A stretch of DNA of 64,000 nt from positions 79,427,721 through 79,491,720 of the forward strand of contig NC_057718.1 of NCBI RefSeq assembly GCF_004010195.1. Direction: 5' to 3'. The notes beneath the pieces are model-generated. The model had not been told where the DNA came from and did no database searches. It saw only the letters and a program-made list of their open reading frames with translations. The stretch is from Chiloscyllium plagiosum (taxonomy: Eukaryota). The number at the start of each line of letters is the position of its first letter. The first letter of the stretch is position 1. Both the position numbers and the translations under genes were made by a program. Positions 62,519 through 64,000 of this stretch are shown here, piece by piece.

Positions 62519-63555
62519 TAACATAGAACATAGAACATTACAGCGCAGTACAGGCCCTTCGGCCCTCGATGTTGCGCCGACCTGTCATACCAATCTGAAG
62601 CCCATCTAACCTACACTATTCCAAATACGTCCATATGCTTGTACAATGACGACTTAAATGTACTTAAAGTTGGTGAATCTACTACCGTTGCAGGCAAAGC
62701 AATCCATACCCTTATTACTCTCTGAGTAAAGAAACTACCTCTGACATCTGTCCTATATCTATCACCCCTCAATTTAAAGCTATGCCCCCTCATACTCGTC
62801 GTCACCATACTTGGAAAAAGGCTCTCACTGTCCACCCTATCTAACCCTCTGATTATCTTATATGTCTCAATTAAGTCACCTCTCAACCTTCTTCTCTCTA
62901 ACGAAAACAGTCTCAAGTCCCTCAGCCTTTCCTCGTAAGACCTTCCTTCCAAACCAGGCAACATCCTAGTAAATCTCCTCTGCACCCTTTCCAAAGCTTC
63001 CACATCCTTCTTATAATGCAGTGATCAGAACTGTACACAATACTCCAAGTGCAGCCGCACCAGAGTTTTGTACAGCTGTAGCATAACCTCATGGCTGTGG
63101 AACTCGATCCCTCTATTAATAAAAGCTAAAACACTGTATGCCTTCTTCACAACTCTGTCAACCTGGGTGGCAACTTTCAAGGATCTGTGTACCTGGACAC
63201 CGAGATCTCTCTGCTCATCTACACTACCAAGAATCTTACCATTAGCCCAGTACTTTCCATTCCGGTTACTCCGACCAAAGTGAATCACCTCACACTTGTC
63301 CACATTAAACTCCATTTGCCACCTCTCAGCCCAGCTCTGCAGCTTATCTATGTCTCTCTGTAACCTACAACATCCTTCGTCACTATCCACAACTCCTCCG
63401 ACCTTAGTGTCGTCTGCAAATCTACTAACCCACCCTTCTATGCCCTCATCCAGGTCATTTATAAAAATGACGAACAGCAGTGGACCCAACACCGACCCTT
63501 GCGGTGCACCAGTATGAACATTTCCCATCAACCACCACCCTCTGTCTTCTTTCAG
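62519..63555 (-). mobile_element. Young 5'-truncated CR1 with (ctatgtt)n tail
   Basis: APQGSVLGPLLF..FADDTK..LERVQRRFTRMLPGL with one stop; same tail family as 39716-40425. Confidence 0.95.
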
Positions 63556-64000
63556 CAGAATAATTCAACCAGCAACTTATGCACACTTGAAGAACCCTCT
63601 ACAGAGCAAGAGAAGTGTCCCTTCTGTGACATAATTCAGCTATGCAGTTGAAATGGGGTGGAATAATCAAATGTTACTGCTGGTGTGAAATGAACATTGA
63701 ACATTGATTGACATCATGATCTTGAAGTTGATATGAACATTAATGCTCTCAGCAAAATAGCACCTGGTGCAATCCATGGCAGAACTTGATATGCAAACAG
63801 CAGATGCTAGCATGTTTAATTTCATACCCGAAAGTACCTTCTTATTTTTCTCAATAGTGAATCACTAGATATTTGCTTGAGTCCCCCTTCATCTGAGAGC
63901 CTCTTATAATACCTATGTTGTATAATTGACAGAGCAGAAGAAAAGGATTGTAAATTAGTAATATGATTTTTTTTGAAGGAACAACAAATACATTAAGGAC

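Overview
Vertebrate genomic DNA, almost certainly from a shark (cartilaginous fish), judged from HE1-like SINEs and HER1-like CR1 LINEs. The only host coding sequence I can support is one 87-nt minus-strand exon of parkin (PRKN; 21028-21114, equivalent to human exon 10), so the rest of the window is probably PRKN intron. That intron is packed with nested retroelements: a full-length decayed L1 (2864-8714), a near full-length CR1 (about 22000-26480) plus many CR1 fragments, a deleted endogenous retrovirus with both ends, PPT and target-site duplication (27278-30304), Harbinger transposase relics, solo LTRs and several SINE families. The most notable signal is a set of Penelope-like element ends carrying minimal hammerhead ribozyme cores (CUGAnGA...GAAA...NUH). 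Several of these ends occur as tiny (80-350 bp), often palindromic, independently inserted units with their own 11-16 bp target-site duplications. There are two assembly gaps (4408-4457, 36002-36501). All calls come from reading the sequence; no searches were run, and boundaries of old repeats are approximate.
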